A stretch of 50,310 nt of DNA, the filler included, from Trypethelium eluteriae (taxonomy: Eukaryota): assembly GCA_051942245.1 (NCBI GenBank). It is 2 parts of 2 records of this genome, joined end to end, with 100 filler letters (N's around TTAATTAATTAA, not from the genome) between each part and the next. Parts side by side here need not be neighbours in the genome. Positions count along the whole stretch, not along the records: positions 25,211 to 50,310 come from JAVECL010000383.1; 1 more part is not named here. One strand, 5' to 3'. The notes under the pieces were generated by a model. That model ran no database searches, was not told the origin of the DNA, and saw only the letters and a list, made by a program, of their open reading frames with translations. Shown in pieces: positions 35,732 to 46,767 of this stretch; position 1 is the first letter of the stretch; each line of letters opens with the position of its first letter. Both the position numbers and the translations under genes were made by a program.

Positions 35732-38700
35732 ATGCATTCAGATTTGCTTGAGGACAGGGCAAGAGCCTTGATCGTTAAATTAACAGACGGGTGTGATGGA
35801 TATTTTGGCAGGGGCTCTATGAGTTCTGCAGTCTATGACACAGCCTGGGTTTCTATGATATCTAAATCGAACGGTCTCTCAAGCCATTGGTTATTCCCTG
35901 AGTGTTTTACACATCTCCTTGAACAGCAGTGTGAAGATGGCAGTTGGCCGTCATACTCATCCCAGAGTGATGGGATTCTCAATACGGCAGCATCGCTTTT
36001 GGCATTGAAGAAGCATTCTAAAGATACCCAACAACAACACCTCACGGCTATGCAGAATCTTACCGGGCGCATCGAGAAGGCAACCTCAGCCCTGAGGTCA
36101 TTGCTGGATCAGTGGAAGGTTGAAGCAACTGTTCATGTAGGCTTCGAGATCCTCATTCCTGCTCTACTGGCCTACCTTGAACAAGAGGGGCTTCATTTCG
36201 ACTTTCCAGGGAAAACGCAGCTATATGCAATCAATGCAAAGAAACTAACAAAGTTCAAACCCGAGTATCTCTACACAAACGTCAAGATGAGCGCGCTTCA
36301 TTCCCTCGAAGCGTTCATCGGGAAGCTCGACTTCGACCGCGTACAGCACCACAAGGTGAGGGGTGCCTTCATGGCTTCTCCATCCTCCACCGCTGCTTAC
36401 CTCATGAATTCCTCTACCTGGGACAATGAGTGCGAAGCATACCTAAGGAATGTTGTGGTTAATGGAGAAGGAAACTCGACCGGCGGTATACCTAGTGCGT
36501 TTCCCTCGAATATTTTCGAGTTAACATGGGTAATTTCTGCAGAATCTCCATTCTCGTAGCATCCTATCTGATCATTGGTAACAGGGCCTCTCTACCTTGT
36601 CTGAAGGAGGCTTTGCTCTTCAAAACATTGCACCTATTCAGACATCGAAAGCAATAGACTTCTTGAGCCAAACGTTCGCAGAGGAGAATGGTTTATTGGG
36701 TTTCGGTATGTACCTGATCAGTCGCCTTGGGCATCTATTTCATTCTTTACAAAGGCTCCTACTGATCCCCGCGCAGCCCCATACGTCGGTGCGGATGCGG
36801 ATGACACAGCCAAAACGATCCTCAGCCTTAATTTGATGGGTTGTCCAACTTCACCTCGGACCCTACTAGAAGAATTCGAGGACAAGACTCACTTCAAGAC
36901 ATATCAACAGGAAAGAGATCCGAGCTTCAGTGCAAATTGCAATGTTTTAAACGCCCTCCTCCACGTCGAAACGCCTTCCGACTACACCCCCCAAATAGAA
37001 AAGACTTTAGAATTCCTTTGTACAACATTCCAGAACTCAAATAGAACCGTACGAGATAAATGGGTTAGTACTCTCGAATAGTCACTCGAGGCCATATACT
37101 GACGAACATCACAGAACATATCTCCTTTCTATCCATTCATGTTGATGATGCAGGCATCTACTCGACTTCTGCAGCTCTGGAGATCAGGATGTCTTTCGGC
37201 TATCTCTGAGAACTTGGTGACAAAGACACTTCTATCTATCTTATCAGAGCTTTCCAGCAAGACACTTCATTCGCAGAATCGGCACGGCTCATGGGGCGAC
37301 AAAGGATTTCAAGAGGAAACTGCCTACGCAGTATTGGTGTTGGCATACTCATTACATATTCCTTCCGTGCAAGATCTTGGCAAGGAGGTACATACTGCTA
37401 TAGAAAATGGTCGCACATTCTTAAAATCGAGAGCCACTGCCAAAAGAGAGGACCTCTGGGTTGAAAAGGTCACCTATGCTTCCGAGATACTTTCCGAGTC
37501 ATACATTCTCGCGGCGCTGAACATTCCTCTTCCTGCGCAGCGCCACGACTCTCCATTGTCAGTCACGGAATCTATTGGCTACACGAATGGCAATGCAGCT
37601 TCCGCACTCAACAGTATCGAGACCAATGGTGTCAAGACTGGACGCATCAACGGCTCGAAGGACGTCACATCTAACGGAACTGGCTTGAATCATATCGATT
37701 GCGTCAATGATTCACTCGAGAATCACGTCAATACTGGTGCCACTGTCGCCGCCATCGATGTTAGATCTGGAGAGATGAACCCCCCGGTGTCAAACGGCAC
37801 CAATGGTGGTCAGTGGCAAGGAACTGGTCTCAACGGTCTTCCAAAAAGGTTCGCACTGGAAAAGACGCCCTTCTCGACAAGACGGCAATTCAATGTAGAC
37901 GAGGGACAGACCGTGTCAAACTCTACTTGGTCTCTGGAAAACGAGCGCATCCTTCTGAGCCCGTTTGACTACCTGGAACAGGAACCGGGCAAAGACATAC
38001 GAACACAATTTATCCGAGCATTTAACACCTGGCTTGATGTACCAACCGAGAAAGTTAAGGTCATTGCGAATGTTGTGAAAATGCTCCATACCGCTTCCCT
38101 CCTCATCGACGACATCGAAGACTCTTCCGTCCTCCGCCGCGGCGTTCCGGTAGCTCATAGCATCTTCGGTATACCGCAGACCTTCAATTCTGGCAATTAT
38201 GTTTACTTCCTTGCTCTCCAGGAAGTTCAGAAGCTCCGACAACCCCAAGCTACTAACGTCTTTGTGCAAGAACTGCTTAATCTTCACCGAGGCCAAGGCA
38301 TGGATCTCTACTGGCGCGACTCCCTGATCTGTCCCTCCGAGCACGAGTACCTCGACATGGTCAGCAACAAGACCGGAGGACTGTTCCGACTCGCCGTCAA
38401 ACTGATGGAGGTCGAAAGTCCGCACGAGCGCAACTGCGAACAGCTTGTGGATCTGATGGGCCGCATCTTCCAGATTCGGGACGACTACATGAATCTCTTC
38501 TCCACCGATTACACACACAACAAAGGGCTCTGCGAGGACCTGACTGAAGGCAAATTTTCCTTTCCGATCATTCACAGTATCCGGAGTGATCCAGCGAATC
38601 GGCAACTGATGAACATCTTGAAGCAGAAGAGCTCCGAGGAGAGGATCAAGAGATATGCCGTGTCAATTATGGAGAGGACGGGCAGTTTCGATTACACGAG

Positions 38701-38818
38701 GGTATTCGTGCGGACTTTGAAGGGGCAGGCGAGTGAGCTCATTGAACGTTATCAAGCTCAGGGCTGGGGGAGCGGTGACGGCATTAGGAAGATACTAGTG
38801 CGTTTGGATGTGGAATGA
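35732..38818 (+). CDS. Chimeric bifunctional diterpene synthase: class II cyclase (copalyl-diphosphate-synthase-like beta-gamma) + C-terminal GGPP synthase (alpha), PvCPS-type; about 969 aa, 4 exons
   Basis: [11 protein letters not shown] motifs QCEDGSW and [31 protein letters not shown] (36794-36805, seen after splicing), [11 protein letters not shown] and LWVEKVTY. After the linker: [45 protein letters not shown] and EDLTEGKFS. Introns 36530-36584, 36706-36776 and 37064-37114. Confidence 0.95.
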
Positions 38819-39845
38819 GTTCGATTAGGGCTATCGTACAGCTGAACATCACTTGTGGTGAACCTGCTGAATGCGTGCATCTATGGATTTAGAGTACCGG
38901 GAAATGTGCAACATGGGGCGCGATAGACGGATGGGTCAAGTCAACGGAAGTCATTGCAATTATGGGTCTCTTAAGACCCCACGGGGCTCTTGTTTCCCAG
39001 TACACATTGATCCTATATAAAGCTATTATCTTACATTGCTTGGTACGCGTATAGCCTTCTTAATATCCATTAAGCACTGCTCCATAGAATAGCCGACAGC
39101 GAAGATTTGACGTTCTCTTGCGACATCCTTGTACAATTCCACGGCCTCATTTTGGCCTATTCAGGTTTTTTTCGTGGCACCCGACTCTTCAAGAGATTCC
39201 GTGGCTCAGCACCCGTAAACTACAATACCAGGAAGATCAATGAGGTCTCCCAGAGATCTTCGGTAATCTGTTCCTTTGTACGGCAAAAGATCATGGCCGA
39301 GACCTGATTAAATTGACGATGTGTAGGATTCTGATCCCTGAGGGTTTCCCGCTTCCTATCCAGGCTAAAATGCTATGAAGCCACCGTACAAACTTAAGGC
39401 GTCACATCGACTTCCACACCCGGGACGGGTGTTGGATCTAAATTCCGGGGACGGGATCCTTCACGACTTTTAGCGAGTCCTCGAACGACCTAAATTTCAG
39501 TTCGATCTGGCTGGACTGTTCTGAAATCTTTGAATATCTGTGCAGTCACGAAAGAAAGCTCATCATGGCGTTGCGCGAGACCCTCACCAACAATGAGCTT
39601 CTCGGAGACTCCGTTTCCACAAGGCTGATGTGCAGCAGTCGTAGTAGATAGTTCGGAGGAGAGATTTAACGCTAAAATGCCCAGACCATTAATTGCGTTT
39701 CATCTGGTCTTGGTGTTGGGTTCCGTCTATGAGCACGATCAGACTTCTGCATCACTACAACGTGACCAAAACTTCCTCAGCCTTCGTCACGCGCGGTATC
39801 ATCATGAGAGTCACTGGATGTAATAAACAGAACCCTGAGATCCGG

Positions 39846-41057
39846 TCACACTGTGTGTTCAGGCCTTGGAGGTGGTGCTGAGCGGCTGGGCGCTGAACGC
39901 TCTTGTATCGGAATGCCCTTCTCAAGCTCTTCTTTATCCAAGAAATGGCGAGGAGCGACACCCGTATCGAGCTGATCCGTCCAGCTGGCGGACGCGTCTC
40001 TGGATGCTTTTGTCTCAGTTTGGCCCAGAGCAGCCGCTGAGCGCTGGAGAGATATTTCATCGAGTTCGTGGTAGTTTCTTCTGCCTGATGCGAATGATTT
40101 CTGATGATCCGTAACTTTTCTAGTCCCTGCAGTAGAAGTCTGTGGTGGCGAGCGTCTAAAGAAGCGCGGTATGAAGGGGAGGCAACAGACAATAAGTCCG
40201 CTTGCAACCTCAGCCACAGCCCACAGATACACAGGCACAAGTGCGTATGAGATGTCCGTAGCACTGTCAGTCTTGATGCTTTCGACCAGACGCATGGCGC
40301 TCGACACGCAGGCGCTATGAAGTATTAGCAAAGTGAAAGATGGTACGGCAAGGTTGCCTTTGACTCACAAGATGCCTGTTGCGTACACCACGCTGATGCC
40401 GACTTTCCTTCTGCTATTGACTTGTAATCTCAAAATCCATGAGATAGGGAGCGCTAAGATGAGGAGATCCTCGCCCAGGTTTACGGCAGCCGATGCGATG
40501 AAGAGGACACCAATATCAATACAGTGGCCCGGCGTGCTGGGGTTCCAAATCTTTTCGCGGGGAATGCATACGAATATCTCTAAGAAAAGATTGATTGTAA
40601 GATAGATGGTGTTCAGGGCGATCATACCAACCATGAGCCACCAGCGAGAGGTCCTGGCTTGAGGAACAAAGATCTCCATGAGCTGCAACAAAATAGCGGT
40701 CTTTGTGACTAAAAGCGCGACAACATAGATGATTTGCTGATCATTGAGGACTTCGGCATATTTGGAGAAGTGTGCCGCTGTGAGGTCCCAGCCATGCCTT
40801 CCATTGCCGTCCTTTAATGTCGAGAAGCCAAGGGATATGAGCACCACTAAGAGACACCATGCCAGAATGCAGACGTAGTCGACTACAAGCCATTTTTTCA
40901 GGATGAAAAACCTGACGTAGGAACGAATGGACACCAGCACGGTTGGAAACACCAGAAGAATGATCGAAGAGACCAAAACGGCATCTCTACGACCGCTTGG
41001 TGGATTCGCAAGATCCGGGACCACACCTGGAGGAGGCGGCAAAGCTGGCAAGTCCAT
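39846..41057 (-). CDS. Pth11-like (fungal rhodopsin-domain) integral membrane protein; exons 41057-40369 and 40314-39846
   Basis: N-terminal PPPPGVVPD, seven hydrophobic segments, GNGRHGWD, TKTAILLQ, CIPREKIW, DLLILALPI..I..LQ...RK and EVASGLIVCCLP; 54-nt intron 40368-40315. Confidence 0.9.
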
Positions 41058-42111
41058 TGTCGTGGGCTTCTAGGATGAATCTCATAGTCTACAACGACAT
41101 GCGGCGCATGGAGAATTAACAGTGGAAGATAAGAAGAGCGCAGAAGGTCCAAGAAAAGCCCTGAGACACGGACCTCTATGACAACCGGTCATTGTTACGA
41201 CCCCCTTGCAGACTCCATAGGCTACACGTCTCAGCGCGAAAGCCTATGCAGGGTGACTGTACTATCAAGCGAGAGGCTATGTATGAATCCACACTTTCAG
41301 GGAAGGAGCCGATAGGCGTTTTGTCCCGGCAGCTGAAGATCTTGGACGTGCAAGTTGAGGGGTGAGTGATACGACTGACGATCAACAAGGGCCAGGAGCA
41401 GTGGGGTGAGTGGCTTACGGAAGCGGCTGCGTTGTGTTGGCTTTTCTGTCTGTAGATGGAAGGCGAAGGTGCACTATTGGTCCTATCGTCGACAGGCTTG
41501 CGGCTAAAGTCTCCTGCGTCTCGTTCACAATCCTACCATCCCAGATCGAGTAGTGCAAGGGTATGTCGCGCTCAGGGTATCAAGTTGGTGTGCATAACAC
41601 AGAGGTTGTCCAGACCAAAATCCGATGCTGTGAGGAAGGCATCACCAAACAGTTACCAACAGTACACGAATATATCGGTAGCATGATTTCCTTTATGTCA
41701 CGCACCTCTTTCTGGTACCATCTGTCTGACCGGACATTGCAACAAGTCATCCATGTGAAGAGGTGATTTCCAAGAGACGGATCTGACGCGTTGCGCTGAC
41801 GGGAGGATCCACGGGAACATCCGAGCGCTATGACGTTATTGGATAACCTCCTTCCATGTGGGTGCCCGAAGTGGAGATCCATCGTATCCGTATTAGTATG
41901 ACTACATACCTACCTTGTTTTGCAGATCAAGATCAGCTCAGATGCCCAGGCTTTGAAGACTTTATCACCTTATGCTCTTCATCCTGAGGCGCGTATGGAT
42001 GAATGATATCAAGGGCTTCGTAGGATACCACGGGTGTGGGCTCAACTAAAAGGAAGAAGATCTCCATGTGAAGGCGATCACAAGCTCATCTGACTCCGCG
42101 GAACAAAAAGA

Positions 42112-43116
42112 ATGGTTCAAAGAAACTCTGCAGAACCACTACCTTTACGCATCCTCACACATAATGTTCGCTACGCAACTTCGACACCTTCCAAAAACGA
42201 ACATCCTTGGTCCGAGCGATGCCCCTTGATTCTAAGCCAGCTTAAATATCACACGCGCTTTCTCGATGGTCTAAGTGCTGGCTCAAACCCAGCATCTTGT
42301 TTCGTTTGTCTCCAAGAAGCACTGCACTCTCAACTTCAAGATATTCTGACAGGTTTGAACAACCTCTCCCGTCAGGAGAGCTCTATTGCCGCCGCTCAAT
42401 TGCCTCCTGGCCCAGCATGGGCGCACATCGGCGTCGGCCGAGAGGATGGCAGAAAAGAAGGAGAATACAGCCCTATCATCTATCCTATCCAGACCTTCAA
42501 GCTTCTAGATTTTCAAGCCAGGTGGTTGAGTCCAACGCCTGAGCAGCCAAGCAGAGGGTGGGATGCTGGAAGCACACGAATTTTGACCGTCGGAGTCTTT
42601 GAACATCGCGCCAGCCGACGCAGACTTGTTGCGTGTAACACACACTTAGACAATGAAGGCGTAGTCGCACGAAAGGAAAGTATTCCCATTATTTTAGAGA
42701 CTATGGAAAAAATGAAGCAGAAATGGACAGACGGGGATGGCGAAGGGCCGCACTTCTTTCTTGCGGGCGATTTCAATTCGTTCCCCACGCAGGAGGCATA
42801 TCTTGATACTGCAAGAAGCGGGGTTCTGGGAGACATCATTGACTTTGTTCCCCCTAACCAACGCTATGGAAATGAAGTTACGTTCACGGGATTTGTTCCG
42901 GATACCGATCAAGACAAGGATGAAATTGGAAGAATCGATTTTATTTGGTTAGGCCCCAGAAAGAATGTTCATGGCATCCGAGATCGGCAACCTACATCTT
43001 TATCAGCAGGATGGGAAGTCGCAGGCTACTCAGTTCTGCCAAACGTGTTTGATGATGGAGTCCTTTGTAGCGATCACAGGTGCGTGGTGGGCGACGTTGT
43101 CCTGTTTAACAAATGA
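42112..43116 (+). CDS. Endonuclease/exonuclease/phosphatase (EEP) superfamily protein
   Basis: Catalytic motifs THNVR, CLQE, NTHLD, GDFN, RIDFIW and SDH all present; intronless 334 aa. Confidence 0.9.
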   Translation: MVQRNSAEPLPLRILTHNVRYATSTPSKNEHPWSERCPLILSQLKYHTRFLDGLSAGSNPASCFVCLQEALHSQLQDILTGLNNLSRQESSIAAAQLPPGPAWAHIGVGREDGRKEGEYSPIIYPIQTFKLLDFQARWLSPTPEQPSRGWDAGSTRILTVGVFEHRASRRRLVACNTHLDNEGVVARKESIPIILETMEKMKQKWTDGDGEGPHFFLAGDFNSFPTQEAYLDTARSGVLGDIIDFVPPNQRYGNEVTFTGFVPDTDQDKDEIGRIDFIWLGPRKNVHGIRDRQPTSLSAGWEVAGYSVLPNVFDDGVLCSDHRCVVGDVVLFNK

Positions 43117-44013
43117 AGCTGCAATGGATTCATGCTCGGAAGCGACTCGTACCTGGCAATATGAACAGCTTGAAGGGAGCAGCTGCATCAATTCGCGCGA
43201 GCTATGCGCCCGTCTCCAAGGCTCAGCAGTACCCTACGTGGCTGGCATTTGGCCCAGGGGTCTTCCGACGTATAGAGGATGGAAAAAGAGTTGCTGTAAT
43301 TCATCCACCGCTGCTTTTTACTACAACTTTCTTTTCACCCTTCTTTCCTCTGAGTTCAAGAACGCTCAAAGAAATCACGTAAAGCGCCACTATCTCAATT
43401 GTCGGACCCAAGATGGATGTCATTGTTGTGGCCAGTCTGGACAAATCTCAATGCCCTATGACAGTACATGTCGTTGGCTTAATTGTACAGAAGGACGACC
43501 TGTGCCGTCATGCTTTGCCGCAGCTTTGAGTTCCCAGCTCAATATCCTCCTTTTTCATCTGGATATCATGGAGACTTTGGGAAGTCTGCAGCTCGATTGA
43601 TTGGGTGGTATCTGGCTTGAGGGCAACATTTCCAGTCTGCAGTATGCATTTTTCCATCATTCAAGACTCCACTAGTTCGCCAACACACGCCTGTAGCTCT
43701 ATCGGGCGTACTTCCAGGTCGCTTACTTCGAAATCAAGGTCCAGAAATTCATCTCGGCTGGCCTCAATCTCCTGATACAATCCCTCAATCGTGTCATTGC
43801 GACCGTCTAGTCCTTCATCCGCGATCCGGATCATTCGGGGTTTGATCCAACTATCATCATCCATATTTGCCCAACTGTCATAATGTCCGGGCGTGGGCAC
43901 CAGTTGAGAGCATGAGTGGTGGGAGAAAAGGATGGTAGGTCCAGATCAGACGAAGGAGCTGGCCATATGATGGCGAGGGTGATTTGTGCAGGGCGTCCCC
44001 CAAAGCTCCTGCC

Positions 44014-44946
44014 TCACACTGTCTCCAAACGGTCTATGAATAATTGAGGCAGATTCTTCAAAGAGCTCTCGTCCAGTAGCTTAGCGCTTGTATTTAGGAA
44101 TTGATTTCGGAAGTGCGTCCATAATTGCTGATCGCGTATGTCGGCTGTTCTGTTCGGACGAGGGAAGAAGGGATCGTTCTTGAAGAATGCAGATACCGCT
44201 TGCGAGATACCTGCCTCGTCCATGGATATCGGGTGACAGCAATCGAAGTCAAGTATCCATAGTGCATGACTGCCGAGGAATTCAGAGTTGAAGGGTGCCG
44301 GAAGACCGTTTCCGTCGTGATGTGGACAAGATGCCAATACGAATTCAACATCGTTTGCATCGACTTGTGCTATCCAGTGCATCATAGCAAGGGCATCAGC
44401 CAGCGCAGCTGTGTACCGAAATGTATCCATCCCCAATTCTTCCATTTGGTCAACATGGAGAGGAAAATTACGTAGAGTGAAAACCTGAAAGCGGGATGTT
44501 CTCTGTCCGATCCGTCGTCGTCCTAGGTATGGTCGAACCAGGCAGTCTTCATCACTCAAGTTTGCCTTGATCTTTGCGGATAGTGCCGGGGGGCAGTATC
44601 GATCAATGATACGTTCTCTAACCGGTGCAGGAAGTGGAGGAATCCTGGTCGAGATAAGGGTGTTGCAGTGGGAAAAACCGGGCGGAAACCTAGAGGCTCG
44701 TTCGGACCACCATTCATCATTCTCAATAGGTATAAATGCGTGTGGCTGTGGCACGATCATATTGAATCTGGTCTGAGATGTGACGCTTTTCAGACTGTTA
44801 CTGATGATGTTGTGCATTTCCCAGTCATTGCGAAGTGATCGTCCAGGGCCGCCGTCTTCCCTCTTCATCGCACGTTTGTCAACAGTGCTAGCCCATACGC
44901 TTCCGCAGAAGCCTTTTCCGATGCATCGATATTCGATTTCACTCAT
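44014..44946 (-). CDS. DUF3669-family protein with protein-kinase-like motifs
   Basis: IGKGFCGSVW, AMKRED, CLVRPYLGRRR, LRNFPLHVDQMEELG, HWIAQVDANDVEFVL, WILDFDCC and AFFKNDPFFPRP, the motif set of fungal DUF3669 proteins. Confidence 0.8.
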   Translation of the reverse strand: MSEIEYRCIGKGFCGSVWASTVDKRAMKREDGGPGRSLRNDWEMHNIISNSLKSVTSQTRFNMIVPQPHAFIPIENDEWWSERASRFPPGFSHCNTLISTRIPPLPAPVRERIIDRYCPPALSAKIKANLSDEDCLVRPYLGRRRIGQRTSRFQVFTLRNFPLHVDQMEELGMDTFRYTAALADALAMMHWIAQVDANDVEFVLASCPHHDGNGLPAPFNSEFLGSHALWILDFDCCHPISMDEAGISQAVSAFFKNDPFFPRPNRTADIRDQQLWTHFRNQFLNTSAKLLDESSLKNLPQLFIDRLETV

Positions 44947-45399
44947 CGTTGCTGTCCCAGTTATGTTATGATTGTTCTCGAAAAGAGGACGAGTATGATT
45001 GTGTTAGTCTGTGACTGTGTCAATTTGTAAATGTGTCAGAAGTATTGTGGTATTGTGTTGTTGAGGTTTGCTTGTTTCTTTGTAAGAACAAATGATAGAG
45101 AAATTTCCGAGAATAATCGTATGTCGGAAAAAAAAGTTGATCCGTACGAAGAGTTCACACTATTAGAGTAAAACTCAATATTGTTCGATTCAACGGTGCA
45201 TATGATGAGTAGTCTGTCCAACAATATTCAAGGGATGACCAATCAGGGGGGCTTAATTTGCCCCTAATCCCGAAACAGCAGCCTATGTACACTTTCCAAA
45301 TCATCCTCCTGTCGATGAATGGAATACAGTAATAGGACAAAAGTGTCCGGGCAACCCCCAGCAATTTTTCCCTGCCAGCGAGTAGACACTTTTTTCGCA

Positions 45400-45898
45400 T
45401 GACTGTACATGCTCGCTCGTCCAGAAGCGTATCTCGACCAGCGGATGATGAGCTTGGTGGTTGGAGGAAAGACCTATTCAGTCAGAATTGGCGTTGTTAC
45501 GAGCCTTGCAGGAACGCTTCCCGCTCAAGGCAAGAGCTGAACGCAGACGCCAGGCATTGATAGACATGATACATCTTAAGCAAGATGGCCTGGACTTGGA
45601 CGATTATGTTGACAAAGCCCGTGGTACCAACAGATTTCTCTCCGACACCGACGCTTACCAACTTTATTACCAATTTGTTGACGGCCTCGACGAAGATTTC
45701 ATCAGAGGCATGGCAATGATGAACGTCCCAAGCCACGATCCGAACTCCAAGCAAATGTTTGACACCGCCCGCAACATGGCCAAAACAAGATGCCGATCCT
45801 CACCGTCCAAGAAGGAAAGCAAGTGGGAGGTCGAAATAAAAACCTTTAAGCCACATGAGAAGTCTTTCGGTCCCTGCGTGAACAGAATAAGAAGCTGA
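45400..45898 (+). mobile_element. Degenerate retrotransposon Gag-like relic
   Basis: LQERFP...LKQDGLDLDDYVDKAR...QFVDGLDE resembles the Ty3/Gypsy capsid pattern LxQ..x..Y...F..GL. No in-frame ATG near the start, and no pol or LTR recognised. Confidence 0.5.
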
Positions 45899-46610
45899 AG
45901 GGAACACAAGACACAATGACAGAGATAATGAAGGCATTCCAAGGATTTTCGATTTCCGGGAATAATCGCGAAACCAACAGCAACAATCGAATCGTAAAGT
46001 TCCGAAACATATATGTATGCATCACCATCGAGATTTCGTAGCATGCATGTCGCAAATCTGGAAGCCCACGTAGCATCTCCACGTTGTGGGCCAGTATCCT
46101 CTTCGAAAGCACCCTGGGCAATCCGGCACCAGAAGGTCACAGCGTGGGGGCGGGTTTAAGCTAACTCTCGATTTCACTTCATTTCTCCATGTCAATGAGT
46201 ATGCCATCCTTGGACGCCTTTGTCACTCGATTTTACAATACCATTCCAGTACGGAAACTCAGAGCTCGTGAGCTTTCCGGGGTTTGTTCCTTGTCTTGCT
46301 ATGCATGACTCTATATGGCCTTCTTGATCAAGAAGGCTATAAAGTAGCAGACACCATCATCTACAGCTGGATGAAGATCTCCGTAGACACTTTTGAAACA
46401 TACAGGACGATGCAGAATGCCGTATCTGGTGACCTACATCCAAGCCAGAAGTCGGCATGTTGGAGGGTCTTGACCGCCCTGGAGATTGGAAATACGGGTC
46501 AAGCCGGGAAACACATGGAATATGTATGAGCTAATTGATGAATTCGGCAGCAAAGCAGGTCTGTCGCCAATCCTGATCAGAGTATATTCACTTAGGGCCC
46601 TGTCGCGGTT

Positions 46611-46767
46611 GGGGGAGTTCCTCAGCTGGTACTCAATACAATGTTATTTCAACTTTACTGTTATGACCTTGTTGGCCCATGTTAACGCCACCGTGATATG
46701 GGCCAACAAAGTCATAACAGTAAAGTTGAAATAACATTGTACTGATTACCAGCTGAGGAACTCCCCC
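46611..46767. repeat. Long inverted repeat / hairpin (74-bp arms, ~9-nt loop)
   Basis: 46611-46684 pairs with 46694-46767 with only 5 non-Watson-Crick positions. Confidence 0.95.

Noticed and set aside
35732..38818. Calling the synthase ent-kaurene synthase (CPS/KS) of a gibberellin cluster
   Set aside because: The alpha domain has FARM/SARM, RRG, GQxxD and KT prenyltransferase motifs rather than a class I cyclase signature.
43661..43900. Second exon of the DUF3669 gene
   Set aside because: No convincing branch point or acceptor links it, and the domain appears complete before the stop at 44014.
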